DNA of 64,000 bases from Callorhinchus milii (taxonomy: Eukaryota). The stretch is from NCBI RefSeq assembly GCF_018977255.1, contig NW_024704742.1, positions 110,734,001 to 110,798,000 on the forward strand. Reading direction: 5' to 3'. The notes beneath the pieces are model-generated. The model saw only the letters and a program-made list of their open reading frames with translations, ran no database searches and had not been told where the DNA came from. Shown here one piece after another: positions 61,175 to 64,000 of the stretch. Position 1 is the first letter of the stretch. Every line of letters starts with the position of its first letter. The position numbers and the translations under genes are program-made.

Positions 61175-61505
61175 ACCCACCGGCTCAGTAAAATAATCCA
61201 GTGAACAGCTGAGCCTTGCATCCTGGCACGACCTTATGGGTGAGTTTCATTCCCACTCCTTGATGAGTTGGCTGATCTCAGCAGCATGACTGAAGGGGTA
61301 CTACAATTTGCTTCAGCACCATGGCTTAGAGAGGGTAAAATAAAACAAGGTTCCTGCTTCCTAATTGCTATCAAGCAAGCCATGCTGGAGGCATGTGTGT
61401 GTGGACAGCACTGGTGACAGGACAGAGATTGGCTTCAATTCCTTCCCACCCAAAGAGGTCAAATACTCGCTGTCAAGGCACATGCATGAATAATGCCCAC
61501 TTGGA
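61175..61505 (+). repeat. Old SINE-like dispersed repeat (family not named)
   Basis: GGCTCAG...CTGAGCC head hairpin; related segments at 8020-8585 and weakly at 49400-49590 (GCTGGAAAGTGTGTGCATGTG, AATAATGCCCA). Confidence 0.6.
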
Positions 61506-62515
61506 TGAAACAGAAAGAAATCAAATTCCTTCAGGAATCATGGGCAGAAAATTGGTGGAAAAAATTGGCAAGGAAAAAAAGAACAATAATGAAACGTTTG
61601 ATTTACAACATGGATTTACAGCTAAAATTTGCAACCAGCCAATTTAGTGAGATGCTTTACTGTGATATACTTTACTGCATTTGTTATTCATCTTTCGGAA
61701 TTTGCATCATTGCCCACAAGGTGCACACGATCTGTGAATCCCAAATCGTAATAGCCCAGAGAGAGAGGATGTAAATAGTTAGCATCTGTGATTAAAGAGC
61801 ACAATTCATTCACAGTTTATTTGCTTTTTTTTTAACCAATTTATTCTAGAAAACAGCATTAGTGTGAGTGCAACTGCTGTAATTATTCCATTGTCACAGA
61901 ATGCTTTTGTCAATATATGACAGCCAGCGATGACTGGAAATAATGACACAAGGATTAGGAAGTAAGACAAGATCTACAAATCGTACTTCAATTAAGTGGA
62001 TCATATTATTTAAAATAATGTACCGCTGCCCTCATGGTCGATTCCATGGCTATCTGAAGTTACTTAGTCAGTGTAAATAGTAATGTTCATAATCTTCTTT
62101 ACACAAATTATCTTTTTAAATCACTAGAGTAGACAGTCGGTGTCTGCTGGCAGGATTGTGATTATCCTCATACAGATGATTCCTGATAAACATGCAACTA
62201 TTTGTGTGCTTGGACCAAATAATGCTTGAATCCATATTTTTGGAAACTAAAGATAAAAGTGGCCAATTTGTTCATCTCGCTGTATCCTCAAAACTATAGT
62301 TAATGTAAAAAAAATATTTTTTGAAATGTACGAGTGTCTGCTCGACAACAGGTTGAATCTAATGGGGGACCTAATACCAGAATAGCCTCCTTCTGTGCTG
62401 AATACTATCGTTCTGCTTAAGGTTGAAGGTTGAATTCCCTTTTATTAAAAAAGATGACATCAGAAATTGTCTTAGTTAATCCATTCATTGTTTTCATCAT
62501 TAGCATGAATGCACC

Positions 62516-62725
62516 TAATAATAACAATCTTTGCATTTAATAATAATCCTTGCATTTAATAAGAAAAATCCTTGCATTTGATATCACACCATCAAGACTT
62601 CTCAAAGCACTTCACAGGATATATTGAAAGTAATGTGACTGTGTGTATTTTGTGGGCAAATAGGCAGCCAATTTATGCACAGCCATGGAGTGAAAGGCCA
62701 ATTTTATTTGAGGAATTGTTGGTCA
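62516..62725 (-). mobile_element. SINE 3' fragment with a triplicated tail unit
   Basis: AATC(C/T)TTGCATTT three times in 62526-62579, then the SINE core. Confidence 0.85.
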
Positions 62726-63637
62726 AGAAACTTTGTACAATTGGAGGCAGAGATTGAAAGACTAAAGTGGGACATGATCTAGGTTTTCTCAAATGATAAG
62801 AGGCTAAGACGAGGTAGATGAGAGCTGGGCCAGATACATTTACAGTAAGAAAGAAGACCGAGGGAACGCAGGATTAAAATTAACAAGCCTCAAACAAGAA
62901 AATATTTTCTCACTGAGTAACAGATATTGTCAAGCTGATATTAGTTAGTTAAGAAGTTAGTTGAAGGAGTTGGTTGAGTGCTGGTGGCTGTTGTTTGGGG
63001 AGAGCAGCAGGCTTGATAATGGAGATGTGAGGATAGATAAATCTTCTGGGATCTCTGCTTGATTCTTTATGGATGAGAGTATTTATGCATATATTTTCCT
63101 TGGAGATTAAAGGGTGGTGGAATCAATTACAGGATTCACAGTCCACAGGCTACGTCAGGATAAGACTTGATCAACCAAGTGATTCCCCCCAAAACTTGCA
63201 AATAAACATGAAGTAAAAATAAATGAATTTGGGCTAGTCATACAGTTTTCTGTATTTTCAATGTTCTTTCGTTTCTCCAGGTGTGGTAATGGAGGCTACA
63301 ACAACATGCTGGTACCTTACCCACAAGGTCAATCTTAATTTGTGAATATAGACAGGGAATGCTAGCATTTACAGCTAAGACTAAGCATCTCTTAATTGAA
63401 AGTTTGCACAAACATGTGCATTCTAGCAGGGATCACTGTATGGAAATTAGGAGCAAAACTGACTGCTTTTTCCTTTCTCTAACTCAGAGATGCTGAGACC
63501 AATTATTGTATCCTATGCTGGCGTAGCTGACGTTATCTAATTCAATTCAAAACAGAGATCGATCAACCGTGGAGCTTTCTGGAACATATGGCTCAGTACC
63601 ATAACACACAGTTAGTTTATTAATATATTTAAAAAAT

Positions 63638-64000
63638 TATAATTATCATTGCACTTGATAATAATGCCTTATCATGACATGACAATATGTCAAAGCACTT
63701 CATATAATTTATTATAAAATGTAGTGAGTATGCTTTTGCAGGCACACGTGACAGTCAATTTCACACACCGCAATATCTCATAAACAATCTTGAAGTGAAT
63801 GAACAATTTTATTTGGAGAATGGTTGATAAGGCACCAGGAGAAACTCTTTCTCTTTTCGAGCAGTGTCATAGAATCTTCAACATCCCCAGAACAGGCAGA
63901 CAGGGAGCTTGATTTAATATCTCTCCTGAAGCATAGCACCTCTCACAATGCAGCACTCCCCAGCATTGCAGTGGAGCATCAACATGGACTATGATGCTCC
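63638..64000 (-). mobile_element. SINE family B running off the window end
   Basis: Tail, then GTGTCATAGAATCTTCAACATCC and AATGCAGCACTCCCCAGCATTGCAGTGGAG. Confidence 0.8.

Noticed and set aside
62760..63180. Decayed L2 endonuclease region on the minus strand
   Set aside because: The purine-rich texture is suggestive, but no motif could be translated convincingly.

Overview
Non-coding, AT-rich vertebrate genomic DNA (intergenic, or the inside of a very long intron). No host protein-coding gene, RNA gene, CRISPR array or prokaryotic system can be supported. The ORFs with recognisable protein motifs all come from decayed retrotransposons: 5'-truncated L2 copies (about 1.4 kb at 1432-2799, plus many 3' fragments) and CR1 copies (about 1.4 kb at 19793-21197, plus many 3' tails). 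Two tRNA-derived SINE families with Deu-like cores and L2-type tails are abundant. Family A has a tRNA-Ala-like head and occurs as long and short variants; family B is older and SacSINE1-like. This repeat set points to a cartilaginous fish, probably a chimaera such as Callorhinchus (inference). Best leads: two inverted copies of an unclassified repeat of about 460 bp that looks like an RTE-clade 5' end (2871-3430, 30735-31245); an exact 45-bp templated copy at a SINE/L2 junction; a family of palindromic MITE-like hairpins; nested insertions that order the families by age; triplicated YAG|GTAAG motifs; and repeat-poor, homeobox-motif-rich blocks that may be conserved enhancers. Boundaries were read by eye (about +/-10 bp, worse for decayed copies) and family names need Dfam/Repbase confirmation. 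I did not find a new biological system that the sequence alone can support.
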